Part shown: one piece after another, positions 1 through 14,700 of the stretch
How the letters are laid out: each line of letters starts with the position of its first letter
How positions within the stretch are numbered: the stretch's first letter is position 1
Source of the DNA: Lingula anatina
Lineage: Eukaryota; Animalia; Brachiopoda
DNA: 64,000 nt
Assembly (NCBI GenBank): GCA_051362555.1
Contig: CM120640.1
Coordinates: 39,410,788-39,474,787, forward strand
Reading direction: 5' to 3'
Notes under the pieces: model-generated
The model's database searches: none
The model's input: the letters and a program-made list of their open reading frames with translations, nothing else
What the model was told of the DNA's origin: nothing
Made by a program: the position numbers and the translations under genes

Positions 1-863
1 GTAGTAGTGAACACGGCATAAAGAGAGAATCCAGTCCCACATATAACACCTTTGTTAGCGCAGAATATAAAACAGTTAACAATTAATTGGTATGCGTTCA
101 ACGTAACTACATGTATATTATTATTATAGTTAGAAAAATGCATTCATTTTCTTATAATCTGAGAACCAATAATCCGAATACCTCACGTCTTCCTAAATCG
201 TATTCTGACCTCCGACCTATCTATTATGTTAATAAAATTTATAGCAACATATTTGGCGATAATTATTCTGTAATTATCATATAGATAAGCTAGCACCTTA
301 AAACACAAAACTGTGCATTAGTATAATTAACACAAAAATTCTAATCTAAATAACCTGGCGTCCAAAATTAGTCAAATATTTAAAAAAAATCCAGCAACAT
401 CACAGGCAAATCATAGTCATATAAAGCAATCAATTAGTCAAAGGAAGAAAATTAATGAACATGCTTTTTAGTGGCTAATTTGGTCTAGACATGTATGCAC
501 TGTAAACCTGAAAGTGTCCTTCACCGCCAACGTGCAGTGGGAACAATGCAGTCCGATTATAAGACTACTACAGTTCCACCGTCTACGGAAACAAATAGTC
601 AGAAGCTTGGCAACACACAAAGAAAATAAATAAATAAATAAATAAATGAGAATGGATCTTTCAATTAGGAAATCATATTGAGCAGGAATCATTGTAAAAT
701 ATCTGTAAATATTATTTGATAATGTATTTTTAATTTATTCTTTTACATGATATAAAAAATGCATTTATGTATTAACATGTAACATTCGACCATTTTTCAT
801 TGATTAATAAAGGCAACCTGAAATATAATAACCAATGGAAGAAAAGTTGTTCGGAAGAAGCTT

Positions 864-3800
864 TCATAATGTGTCTGTTGACTGTTGATTTGTTTCTTCA
901 AGGGACTGTCTGAGATCTGACAAAATCTCATCAGAATCATATTCGGGTGTTGAAAATCCAGTATGGGCATATGGCTCTATGGGACACTCATCACTTAACA
1001 AGTCATCCATCCACCTGGGATTTTCTAATATTTCTATGGGGCTATCATCGTTTTTTGAATTGTCAATCCACCTGGAATTTCCAATTTCATATCCAAACTC
1101 TCCATCAGATTTCATTTCCACGTAGTTGTCCCAGCTAAGTTCCAGCTGAGACTTTGGGGAGGTGGACAAAGACAAAGGACTAGATGTTATATTTTTGGAA
1201 GTGTCACTACAAAAGGCACTATCTGTGCCAGCTCCTGAAGAATCAGCCACCACACTGAATATTTCTGTCACTTTCAGCTTCTGGTCCTCGTCTAAGTAAT
1301 AATAAGCCAACACTGCCTCCTGCTGGTTGGCTTCATGGAGACAGTGTTCAAATGTATCCACCAGCTGTTCACACATATCATCTTTGTGGGGGCTGCCACC
1401 TATTGGTGACCCTGTGGAAATTTCCCCATGAAAATCCCTGTGTGGGTTTCTAGCATGCACCTCAAGATGGTGGTGATGGTCCTCCTCTAATTTGTGGCGT
1501 ATATGACTAACTCTGTGGAAGATCTGAGGTATTGGATCGTGGCATGGCAACGGGACATCGTATGGGTTGGAGTTTTCTCTCTCAACACAGATATCCCAGT
1601 GGCGTAAATGTTTTGATGCTGTGTATGTTTTATAGTCGGACTGTGTGTCAGGAACATAACCAGGCTCCTCAGCATCATATGCATCACTTATGGCCAACTG
1701 GCAGGTGAACCTGTGAAAGATGAATATATAGATACTATTAGGTCTTCACCACCCTGTACTGTGTGTTACACATCTTTAATATGATCATTGTTTCATTTTA
1801 ATTTCTCACTTACAAAACCTTTATCAAAGTTCTAGTACAGCAGTTATACCTTTATAAAAAATAATATTTTAATAAAGAACAAATGCAATGCACTTACACC
1901 TTGCATTGTAATAGCAATAATTTCATGTCTTACTTAACAGAATTTCCACTACACTGAAGAATCAGAGGTTAGTCAGTATAAATGGTATGCAATTATTATA
2001 CCTTGCACTATATTGATGACGGTTATGCTCAATCTTGTGTCTTAACAACTGAATTAACTGGACAAACTCTCTTATTGTCCACCTGACATCTGCTGGGAGA
2101 TATGGCACCCACTCCAGAAACCTGTAGATAAAGATAAACCCATAAACAGGATCCATTTTTACTATTAAGTTACAATTTTGATTTTTCCTTTCAGTGTTTG
2201 CTGATATTATAGTTTTTTCTTTATGATAATTTCCATAGGAAAATATTAGGTAATTAAAACATTAAACACATTGCAAAATGTACCAGTCACCACCATATAT
2301 TATCTATATCCAATAAATAATTAATTGTTTGCATACACTGATAAAAAGGTGCCATAATGATAAAGTGCCATACTTGTCTGAAATACTGGGTCAATTGCCT
2401 TTCAAAACTACGTATTGAGTAGAAGACTGGTTTATATGGATCTGGAGTCTTTATAAAATTACACCAAATAAACCTTTTTTATTTCTCTGATACTTTTATC
2501 AATAGCTTGGCTATGTTTGTAAAATTGATATAGTCCTCTGCATTAAATCAAATAGGATTATGTCACTTCATAAGTAATCTTTTTTCATGGGGTTGATTAT
2601 ACTGACCTGACTGAATAGTGAAATATCATCTCAACTGGCAGTGTTAATGGAGATGTCATCAGGGACAGTAAACGAAAGGTCTTCCTGTTAGTTAGCCTTG
2701 TGTATATGTTACTGTTCATAGAATCACAGGCTGCTTGCAGTGCTGAAACAGTTGAAACCAAAGTTTCATTTCATAATGCTCTATTGACCTGGAGAAGAGG
2801 GTTAGGTTATTTATGACTCACAGCAAGTGCTTTGGGTTTTTTTTTTTACTGCAGTTTTTCAATCTTCTGAAAAAAATAAACATAAACAGTTTTAAAAGAT
2901 TTTTTAAAATTGTCACTTCACAAATATGTTCATACCTCCAGCTACAGGAAGGGGAAGACTATCTATGAGAGCCACTTGGACCTTCTTCTTGCACTCATGA
3001 CATGTGTCTGGGTCATGGTCATCATGGTCATCAAGGTCACTTTCACTGTCATAGTCACTGGTCTCTCCACTGACTTGGCTCTCTGGGGGACACTGGCTGA
3101 TACTGGACTTAATGCTGAAGTGACGCACACAGCTGATCAAGGCTGTAAAATGAATATCCAAACAAGTTAAAACAACTGATTCATTAGTCATTGCACTTAT
3201 TCAAAAGCAATACTGAAATCAACTGTCATGACTGATTAATCTGTTATTTATTCTGGCAAAGTCTGAAAATATATAGTATCATAAAAGCTCTGCCAGGGGG
3301 AACACAGATCTAAACTTACTGTTTCTCTGCAGATATTTAAGTGCATCATCAAAACCCTGCCTGCACATTTCACTTAGTATCTCAGGATGAGGAGGGAAGA
3401 GAGCCCGTGAAAGTCTGTACAAATTATTAGATGTACACTGCATGCTAGTGTTGGCCAGGTTGACATGGAGGAAATTTGCAGAGTTGTCATCTGGACAGAT
3501 ATCTGTTTCACCACAAAATGGAGACACTGTCACAGTGTTCTCATCAAATACAGGTAAGTTATCACTGAGACAGCCATCCACACATCTCTGAAAAGTAAAA
3601 TAAACAATTCTAAAGTTATTAATCTTTTTTTATTTCCAAAATAAACAAGTGGTGTATTTACATCTTTAATGTGGAAATATTATGTTAACATTTGTTTTCA
3701 AATTTAAGTATCATCCATTTGCAAAGCAAAACTACTTTTACTTTAATAAGCATGATGCATACAAAATTTGAAGGACCAATCATGTAACAATGCCCACTTC

Positions 3801-5722
3801 TATAACAGTATCTGGTATGCAGTTCAACCATTGAACAGTATGCAATAGCATTGGAAACTTTTTAATAAGTGAATCTTATTATTAGTGAATGAAAACTGTA
3901 TATTTTGTGGCATGAAGAAAAAATCTCCAGAATACTCACCACTCCCTTAAAGGCTGGAGGCAGTAAACCAGAGTAGAAAGGGATGTGAGCACTGCAAAGC
4001 AAAGCCTGAAAGATAAGAATGTGGTGTTTTATCTTTTTTTTTTTTTTTGGTTTAAAATAATGGTCTTTCATTGACATCTGTGGTTTTGATTCAGATATAT
4101 TAAATGCTCATAAAATAAATAAATATTGAATTAATGAATGAATGGGTGAAAGAATTTATAAATTTTATTAATATATTTCAAAGAATTCATACAGATGATG
4201 TTTGACAACAGAATACTCTGTGTGACAATGAAAACCATGTGATTAAAATAAACTCACAATAAGGAGCATATTACTTCAATGACATCCACTGTCTGAACAA
4301 ATTTCCATTTTTTTGTGCGATTACAGTCCTATATATTATTTTATCATAAGTTTATAAGTAAACATAATTATTTCACATGCAAGTGGAGATTAACAACCTT
4401 ATACCTACTTTGATCCCCCTTCCCCTTTCAACAGAATTTTTTTCCACAAATCAAAAGACCTAATCATCTTCACTAAGAGTGGTTTCAAAAGTATGAACCA
4501 GACCCACTATATCTTGTTTAGGTCAACTTGACCAGAGGTATATAAAAAGCCAGTATGTAAGTATACAAAGGCCTAAATGAATGGAGATTCATATCTTCAG
4601 CAATACACACAAGTTCCTTTTAGATACTCACATACAAGTCCACCAGCCATGACCAAGTTTTCCAGCATATGGTTTAAAATAAAATTACAGACTAGCTAGT
4701 GAGAAAATAGATAAAATGTCTTTGTAATTGGCCAGAGAGGTGTAATGAAAATATCTTAAGTTTAATCTATTCAGCTGCTCATTAGGTAATTAAGTTAGTA
4801 AGGACAGACAGCCAGAGAGCCACACAAAGAAAAACAATTTATCAAGTCAGTGCCACATGTAAGCATAGACCAGAGGAAAAACACACCTGAAAACAACTTG
4901 ACCTCTAGATAAAGCACTTTTTCAAATGACCCAGTGACCATAATTTTGCCTTTTGCCTTACCATGTCTACCTAGAATTTTCTGTTTTATGACCTAAACTA
5001 ACCACAATGCTATTTTAAGTTAATATGAACAGCTGCATGTATCCAATAAATTTCTACAATCAATGCAATAACAAATCATGGTTTAGCAGCCCACATTTTT
5101 ATTCCTAGTTCTTTATTTTATTTTATTTTTTTTGTTGTTGTTGTCTGTAATCTGTTAAAGGTAAGAGGACATTTTTCAGTGCCTGCAAACCTAAATATAA
5201 CTTCATAGTAGATAACATACCTGAATGAGGTCCTCTTTTGTATCATACTGAGACACTATAATGTTGGCTCTGTCTGAAACCCTTGTCATAGAGATATAAA
5301 CTCTGTTGGTGCAGATTTCATGCGCATTTGGTGGCAGAATTTCATTGAGCCCATCTTGTAAAAGTTTGACAATATTGAAACTTGGATGCAAAGGCCCTAG
5401 AGATCTGGATCTGGCTTTGGTTGCTACACGAAGGACATAATTGGTGCACTCTCCTGTAATATAAAATTTTATAATTTTATCACTTATGGACAGCTAAATG
5501 GATTGGAATATCATTGAAAACAAACATATGATATAGTATTATAGCACAGAAGAAAAGACCATCGATAACTTTCAGTTAAATAATCCTTCAAATAACTTGT
5601 TTCTGCATGGAAATATTTCCCATAAATTCAGATTATTCTGACAATTGATATGGGAGTATCTAAGGTCAAATCTCTCCTTGCAAAGATTAAATAACCTCAG
5701 AGCAATTTGACAAGTTTTGTCT

Positions 5723-5763
<41 letters not shown>

Positions 5764-7551
5764 CAGGTCAATTGTATAAAATCATGTCACCTACAATTGT
5801 GATATACAACATAATGCTGGGTTACTGGGCCATGGGTTATCAGGTCATACAACCAATATGTTGAGTAATCAATCTATCACAGTTCACTGCCACATGTTGT
5901 GCCATGTGGAAAGGCAGAACTTTTTGTCCACAGCATGAGCCAGTGTGAACTGTTCAATTTGTCAGTGATATTCTGCATCATTTTAAGTAACACCTTTTTA
6001 ATTAATTAACCAATTTTACCAACTTCAGAAAAACCAGTTAGTCTGCACTCAACCTGAATTTTAGCTGCAATTGACCTGAATTATGTCAACAAAACAGGAA
6101 CAGGTTATTTAAGGATGCTGAAAAGGTTATTTAAGGATGATACGGCACATCCCCCCCAAGAATGAACAAGGAAAGTATTCCCTTAGAATAGGTCTAAAGA
6201 CTATTTTAATGAAATCTATGCTGGATGCAACTAGACATTTGGTTTATTCAGCTTTACATTTATAAGCTTAGAAGGTATTTCTGAAGTCTATTTCTTTTGG
6301 CTGAAGAGATCGAGTGTATTAGCAGTAAACTGTTTATCATCAATACCTAATTCATTTGTTAAAGAATTATCTATATTATGGCCAAAATAAATAAAAGTCT
6401 AGAATGATCCAAGATAGGTTGTTTGAACTTGACCTTGATATATAACCTGATCTACCTACACTGCACTCCATGTAGAAACCTAGCTACAGCAAGCAATTAA
6501 AGCACAATTCATTTCATGCTTATATTTCATGCTGTTAAGAAACACTGTAAAATATTATCAAATCATTCTCATACTGTATTTTAAAGTTTTTTGCATACTC
6601 CAAACATGTGACTGACACAATTGTACTTCACTGAGGTCCAAAGTCCATAAAAAGCTATAAAAAAAGAGTGCATTAGTTGGCAAGGAGCCTAAAAACTTCT
6701 ACTTCTTACAAGTTTTTCTTCGAAACAGAAACTTGATAATAATTTGCATTTCTACATTTCCCCTTATTTGTTTGAAACAAAAAAAACCTGCAGTCAAATA
6801 TTTGTAGACAGCATTTGTTCTTTATACATTTCTGTCCCTTAACTTGGAATGCAGTGACATACCTACCAAATTATAGGATTGCTGCACCTAAGCAGTCATA
6901 ATATGTAACAATACATAACACTTTGATAACATGATACTTCTGATCTGTCTGGACAGTTTGTGACTGGGACTCCACACATGGTATAGAGTTGCACTCAGTT
7001 ATTGCAAAATCGATCTGAACATAAATCCTTTGTGCCCGTTAATGTGATTTCCAACTTAATGTGTAGTGTTTACTGAATGACCTGGTGAATGTTAGAGTGA
7101 AAACTGACATTTGCAGGAACACACCTGACAACACAGATCTTGCTGGTTTAGTAGTAAAAAAGCAATGAAGCTAATTAAAAAAATTACAACGTCTAACCAA
7201 AGTAACTCTAGGTGAAGGTCAGACGTTGTGTAACACGTACAATTATCTCACTTTAATAATATGACTCACGAATTGCTACGTTGCACATAAAGTGACCGCA
7301 ATGTAGATCTTTCAAGTATTAGACTTCTAGCGTCTGGGATTTATCTAGGGGGAAATGACACTGTGTTCAGATCCATACTTACCTAGAGGACACCCAGAAA
7401 TCAAACAAACAGCAGCTATAGCGCCAGCACTTGCTCCTAGTAATTTGAAGTTAGGGTCATCTAACAGATGAGGTGAATGCACTCGGAGACAACTGGAAAC
7501 TCCAACGTGGTAAATTCCTAAAAAACCGCAACCGGCAAAAGAGATATTCAT
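864..7551 (-). CDS. PNPLA2: Patatin-like phospholipase / ATGL (PNPLA2/brummer-like), copy A; 8 exons: 7383-7551, 5221-5453, 3940-4005, 3320-3587, 2936-3142, 2607-2742, 2002-2121, 864-1710 (~681 aa)
   Basis: [18 protein letters not shown] oxyanion motif, GASAG nucleophile elbow, catalytic Asp in [25 protein letters not shown]. All introns are GT-AG and the exons sum to 2046 nt in frame. Confidence 0.93.
5725..5761. repeat. (GT)n microsatellite in intron 1 of PNPLA2 copy A
   Basis: About 18 consecutive GT units. Confidence 0.95.
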
Positions 7552-9426
7552 ATTCTACCTCCCTTGGGTAGTTTTACTTCTGTATCACCCCAGTTATATG
7601 GATACTTCACACATTCCAAGTCATAAATCTTTGCGATCCAAGTCTCCCCTTCCAAGAGACCCTCCACACCGCTGATGTTATGGTGTACTGTGTGTTTATG
7701 CCTGATGATGACGCACCACTAATCGGACAGCTCCTATTGGTTGATTTTTGGGTTAATCGACCTTCGACGTTCAGACTCGTCATATCAGTTGGCTCGAATA
7801 TTCTGACGATTTATTCAACTTAATACAATTGTTAAGTTTAGTCAACCTGCCTTATTTAAATCATGCCCTTTAGACAATTTATATGAGAACGCATTCAACA
7901 AAATAAGGAAGCACACAACTCGAAGGCGTTGTCCGCGACTTACGCGCTGATTGGTCATAGTAAATGGTACGTTTTCCTCACGCGATGAAGGTTCCTGTTC
8001 AAAGCCGGTCTGTGCCATCTCGTTCGATATTATAATGTCAGCATATATATATATATTTTTTTTATTTCCCTAATTAAATTAAAGTTCTTTTTTTTTTTTT
8101 TCATCTGCACCATGCAAAACGTGATATATTGATAGTGTACTTTTTTTGACAAAAGTCCTTTTAATTATATATATTTAAAAGATGTAGGCCTACAAGTAGC
8201 CTACTATCAACTACAGGTGTAGGGCACTGTATAGTGGCAAATACATGCATGTTAAACTAACAAGCAGGTTATGAGGTACTTATCTAGATGCCAACTGAAG
8301 GTAAAAACCGTGAGAAAGGAAAGGACTAACACTTTATAAAGATCCCACAAAAATTCTTTCCACAAAAATATCGAAATTTGGGCGACTGCCACCCCGCCCA
8401 CCATACCATCCTGCCATTATATCATAACACAATATCTGCTATGTTGAAAGCTGACATGTATAGTATAAACTAAACATGCACCCTAAGTAAAGCATCCATT
8501 GTTGTAATAAGGTCAACTTGCATTTAAAGAAGTGGACCGATTCTCGGCTGGATACCGTAGGCCTACTTTTAATCTTAAAAAGTGATAGGGCTACATTCAA
8601 TAGGGTGAGCTGGGTGCACTCATTTGCACTTTACTGACGTAATTTTTTAATGCATGACAACTGCTTCGATGTCTTAAAAAGTTTTATGCAGGTCTACAAA
8701 GCAAAATGCTTCTTTTATAAGGCCTAGATGCCCCATGCTAACGGATTGTGAGGGTTGCTTGCAACTCTACCACACAGTAATATTTCATTTTATGACACAG
8801 AGAAATATTAGCGCACTTGGCATAAAGTTATCAAATGCTGGAAATCACCTGAGGCTGTTGATACAGTGTGACGTGAATCTGCATGAGGTTGAGTTAACTT
8901 ATTAGTGGTAAGGATGATATGGAACTGCATGTATGTGCTTGTTGTAGTGTTCAACACGCCACTTTCTCTACATTCAAGGGGTCTACATGTACATGATTCT
9001 ATAGGATCCCCTTATTTAGTGCAATTGGTCATTTAGAGCGTCAGGGTTTATGAACAGAGCTAGAGCGGGGTTTCCAACGGCATGGTAAGATACTTTTTTA
9101 TTTTTGGTACTTTGGGCAGTGAATACTTCTCGAAAGACGGGACATATGAAAACTTAACAGCGGAACAAAGAACGTCAAGGAAAAAAGTCCCGCGAGACTG
9201 TAAATCGTTGTCATATGCAATTTTGTATGCATGTTATCTGATATGCCCATATCTAATTATTATTTGGTGTTTTATGCCATGCACGTAACGATGTTTCAGA
9301 GTCCTTTAAGAACCTTGTGAAAAACAGGAAGTAGATCGCAACTAACAACTAAATCATACCGAGCCATGATCGTTGTTCGATGATTTATCATATTTTTCAA
9401 CATTGTGACGAGTTTTAAAATGATTG

Positions 9427-9501
9427 TGAGCTTTACGCTAAATACATGTACATGTATTACCTCGCCAATTATCTAGTCGGTAATATTTAGCGTAAAGCTC
9501 A
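9427..9501. repeat. Inverted repeat / palindrome, probably a DNA-transposon remnant
   Basis: TGAGCTTTACGCTAAATA (9427-9444) is the perfect reverse complement of 9484-9501. Pairing extends (TTACC/GGTAA) once a 12-nt CATGTACATGTA insert is removed. Confidence 0.75.
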
Positions 9502-10642
9502 GCGCCTCGTATTTTGTCTATACTTAAATTTAGCCTAGTACATGTAGTAGTAATAGTAGTTTATTTCCGTGAATGTGTGGAAATAAAATAAAGCTGAAAT
9601 GGTGACTACAGAAAATGTAAAAAAGTCTGACAAGCTTTTGATCGGACAGCGTGAAACATTGCACTGATTGACAAAAGGTAAATCCAGATCAGTGACTCCC
9701 CAAGTAACCAATGGAAATACTTATTGGTAAATTTACAATCTCTCCTTCACAGGTACATTGTACTTCAGTTGGACAGGTATGATAAAATCAGTTTTGTCAG
9801 GTATTGACTTGCGTGTTTTTGACACACTGATAATAAAGCAAACTATACTTATTAATGAGGTAGTGTTTCAAAGGACTGCACATCAAATTCTTCCCACTTG
9901 ACAGAATGCCCAGCCTACAGTGATAAAAAGTACTAGTATATGCCACCTTATCTTGCATATCAGAAAACCCAACTATTTCCACAAAATACTGATTGAATGG
10001 CTCGTAGCTGTCAATCAATTTTCCAACAATGACATTATGCCTCCGAACAATGCAGACAGGTAATAATGTTCAAATAAAATGCTAATTTTTTCAACTGTCC
10101 ATGATAACAAAGGTTACTAGACAAGAGTTTTAGTGGCCATATAATCAAAAACAGGAGCTGGTAGCATTTCTAAAAAGGTTTTAAATAAGTCAACAAAGGA
10201 AATTGTCACTTAATGCCCTATGCTAACAGAATTAGGGGGTTGCATACATGAAAATAACTACTTCTTATATGTAACACCAAACCCATTCACTCAGTTATAT
10301 TTAACTTCATGACAAAGAAAAATGTTACACTACCTGGTATAAATGCTGCTAAATCAAAAATAAATAAATAAATGAAGGGACATGGATCAATACATTTTTG
10401 GGAATGGCATAATACAATATAATTTTTTTTAGTAAATAAGTATAAAAATACTGCATTTCAGAGAAGAAAAGTTAAGGGACTGATGTAAACAGATTTCTTT
10501 TTATGTTCATAAAATATTGACAAAAGTTTGTGATGGAAATGGGAATCACCTGAGCCTGTTGGTACAGCATGACGTAATATAAGACTAGGAAATATGCAAA
10601 AATCTGCAGAGTGGAATTATATTAGTGATAAGGGTGAAACTG

Positions 10643-10781
10643 TACTTTCTACCAGGGCCGCAGTTATTATAGTGGGCATTTTTGGCTGAATCGAGTGAAT
10701 TGGTTACTCAGAGCCAAATGACTGTCTATTTATCTATAGACATATTTGTGGAAAATCAATCTGTCACCCTGGTAGAGGGTA
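10643..10781. mobile_element. Small MITE-like element (139 bp) with 21-bp imperfect TIRs and 9-bp flanking direct repeat
   Basis: Left TACTTTCTACCAGGGCCGCAG vs reverse complement of right end TACCCTCTACCAGGGTGACAG (16/21). GTGAAACTG at 10634-10642 and 10782-10790. Confidence 0.6.
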
Positions 10782-11797
10782 GTGAAACTGTATGTACCAT
10801 TTACATTGTCTTAAAAAGCAATAGTGACACAAAAATTTGTACTGTTGTGCAATAGACTGTCATTAGACAGCACAAACAAACAAAAAATATCAATGGATAA
10901 ACTGTCAGATTTTATTCATTGCTGCACCACACTCCTTAGTCTGCCATTATTTCTAACTGCACTCCCAAATCTCACAAAATCTCACTCGATTTTACACCAA
11001 GTAAGACTAAGCGAGACTTTGGGCCTCCTCAGATGATTTCCCTTGTCCATACTTCACCATATCCATTGTTGTATTTTTGTCCATATATACAAAACTGTAA
11101 TTAATACAAAGAAAATATATAGCAAAATACTTACTTGATAATAAACAATGATGTCATCTATTATTGCAATTACAACAAGAATGTGTTTCAGCTGTAACTA
11201 AAGTCCGTAGCAATATTAAAATATACTGAATAGAAACCTTGGATTAAAATGACCAAATCTGTGCAAAGTTATACATATCTTCAGGCATGTTACTTAGAAC
11301 AGATCCACAAAAAGTTTAAAGTTTAAGTATCAGTGTTCTATCCAATTGTAATTTAAATTGTATCAGTTTTACAGTTTTCACTTATTAAAAATTCTTCATA
11401 TTTTTTATAAGCATTTTAAAATAACTGGGTACTGGAGAACTCACAAATCATTTTATATTTATATCCTAAAAAAAAAAAAGCTTGATTTCTAGCACATTGC
11501 ATATTTTTAATTAACATATTACTGCTATAACAAAGCCCCTTCAATTTGTTTGGTAAAGCAACAAAAATATTTCACTATGCTTGTCAAGAGACAATATGTT
11601 ATATGAGTGTTCCCTTTAAGATGACAGTAAATGAAGCTGATTTTGTCATTCCTGCTATAATGACCTCCTTTAGATACATATCCATTCCTTGCTTCATCAA
11701 TCATCATGAGAAAAATGTTTTATTAGTCCTTATCAGGATAAAAAAATATAATAACAAATATATCAGTCATTTTTTACAAAAAACAAGTCATTTTCAT

Positions 11798-14700
11798 TCA
11801 AGTCCTCAAAGCATCGTGGTATATTCTCTTCAGCCTCTCCATATCATATCTCTCTGCAACATCCTGGAACAGTTGTAAATGATTTATATCCTCGTCCCCA
11901 TCATCTTCTGAGACGTTAGACTGAGTTATTTTCTCCTTTTTTAGCGTTTTCAGTAAATGCTTGATTCGGTCCCTACTACATGAAGTCTCCATGTACTCAA
12001 GACATTTTGGAGTGATAAGTTCCTCAGGTTCTGTGTTCTCTTCATCTTCATCATCTGGGTCTTCCAGCTACATATTAAATCAAAATGTGTATATAACCAC
12101 TTCACATTGGATTGAAATGTTTAAAGTTTAATTGTTGTTGAAAATCATCAAATTGCATACAGAATAAGGACACCTAACAACTTTCCATTGTGATACAATT
12201 CCAAGCTTGGTTTCATTTACTTTTAATCCCAACAAAACCTATAAGTATACTGTTAGTTTTCCATAAAATGCTTTCCTGGGCAATATATATTTAACACCAA
12301 GTCTGGACAGAACTGCTGTGAATGTTTAAACAACAATGACAAACTATAACAAGATACGTAAAAATTCACCTGATGCAAAGCCAAGACCACATCTCTACAG
12401 AAGCCCTGCAGCACTGAGTATAACAACTTTGTAGCCTCCTCATCATAACTGTCTGAGCGATTGAGATCATTTTGAGATGAAGATTTTATCTCCTCTGTAC
12501 CATTTCTGCCCCCTTCTCCAAACACAGCATCTCCACCAGCTTCTGCTTCTTGTGGTTTTGAGAAAGTCACTTTGGTTTCTTTCGATGTTGCATTACTTTC
12601 AGCTGAGTCAGATTGTGTGCCTTCATCTCCTGTCTTTTCCGAGTCTGTTGTGTTTGGCTGCTTTTGTTTATTTTGCATAATTTCCAAGGATTTGCTGTCA
12701 GATATACTGGCAGATCTTTGATCTGTAGACTTGTGTCTAGGGGGAGCATTTTTGTTAAGTTTGCAGCAGGCTGCCTCCAACACTTTAAGAAGGCAACGCA
12801 TTAGCTGTTTATCTGCAAAGGAAAATAAAAATACATTGAAAGCTTGTCAAAAAGCATATGGTAACCGAGGTGGAAGCATGTAAATGTTGCTTTTTCTTTG
12901 GAATTAAATGTATTTTTGTCCTTTTTTTATAGCAGACCAAATTTTAACATTTTCTTTAAAATTAGGAAATAAATAGAGATTACATGAAAAAAAAAAAAAC
13001 ACTTTATTCAAGTAATCAGGCAACTATTTCCTGTATTTTGTTCTATGATGTTTCTGCTATTCAAAACAAGTTTGTGGTAATGAAAATATGTTGATCTACA
13101 TGTATGTTTTCGTGTTAATCAATTTACCTTCTGTAAGTAAGGCAATGGTGCCCTCAGATGAGGTGAGGACAGTGTTAAGTACACTTATGGCTGATGCAAT
13201 GGAGTTCTCATGGCCAGTGATACTGATGATTTCATCCTCACAAAGGTGGACTAAAAACTTCATGATGGGCTCCACTATGAAGTCACTCTGGCTAACTGCA
13301 GATGAAAGTATTTGATTACACTGGTAGTATTATACCTGTTAATTTTCCGAAAATTTGATTTATTGAAATGATAATAATAATTAATAAAAGTTTTAAAAAC
13401 AATTTATTAACCCATTTATATAACTCAGTTTTCATAGATAATAAATCACCCATTATTGCAGATCAGTCTAAATAAACTAACACATTTATTTAAGTCTTTT
13501 AAGCTAAAAAAGGGGAAATTCACACACACTAATCACTGGAAGATCTGCTCTAGAATAAATAAAGTAAGTAGAATAATTACAGAAATCCCACTAACCTATG
13601 ACAGGCACACCTTCTTGTGTAGTTGTTAGAAGTTGAAATATATGGAAAAAATTTTCTAACATTTCACTTGGTTTGGCGCTGCAAAAGAAACCACATGCAG
13701 CAAAAATCACTATCAAGATCATTATATAGGAACATATCACATTTTGAAGATCAAGGTTTTTATGCTATGAATTTAGTAACAAACATTTTTCATATAGTAT
13801 ACAACATCAAGCTCAAATGGTCAGATGCAGATAATCTTTGTAAATTAAAGTGAAAACTGAATATCAATAAGAAATCTCACACTGGCTTACCCTATTTGTT
13901 TGATGGCCTCAAGTAGAGCCAATACAAAGTTCTCTGTGGCCCACTGTTCACAGATGTTCTCTTTCATGTCCAGTAATTTGTCCACAAAACATGCTGCATT
14001 CTTGAGAAGATCATCTGAAGAGAAAATGTAGGATTTCCTTGAATCCCGGTCAACTTTTTGGGATATCCAGCATGTAGTATAATCTATTATTTACCAATAC
14101 AACTAGGCAAAGAGTTATAGTTAACAAACCAAGAGCTGGTGGTTTTTCAGCTTCTCACCTTCACCCAAGTTTTCTTTTATTTAGTGTGTTTTTTCAGTTA
14201 ACTTAATGTACCAATCATAAAATGACCTGGCTGTAGGTTTAGTATATAGTTATACACGTTGACACTTACTGTTTGTAGAACTCTTGAAGATAAATGTAAC
14301 ACTCTCCATCACCTGCTCCGATTCTTTTATGGCTGTGATCCATGGTTCTGGACACGAAGAGGACAGACAAGTGTGGAGAAACCTGTCAACATATGTTCCT
14401 TTTTTAAAAATTTATTATTTTATTATAACAGCAAGAGGGCCATTTAAGGCTTTTTCCCTACCAACTTCATTAACCCCAAAAAGTAAGGCACAAATGACAG
14501 GACAAAGAATAGACTACATTTATACACATTTCTTTATTTCATCTTTTCAACAGAACAATCAGTTTACCTTGTTGTTTCAACTAAAGTGGGAGAGTCTGGG
14601 CTTTCAAGTAGCAGCAAGCTCAACTCGCTAGAACAAAAGAGAAACTGCTGACAACAAGTCTATGTACAATGGACACTATGCACAAGGCATAAAAAACAGA

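Noticed and set aside
8520-9310. Possible TTAA-flanked (Kolobok/piggyBac-like) element in the CpG-richer intergenic block
   Set aside because: Candidate termini do not form matching TIRs; boundaries could not be defined.
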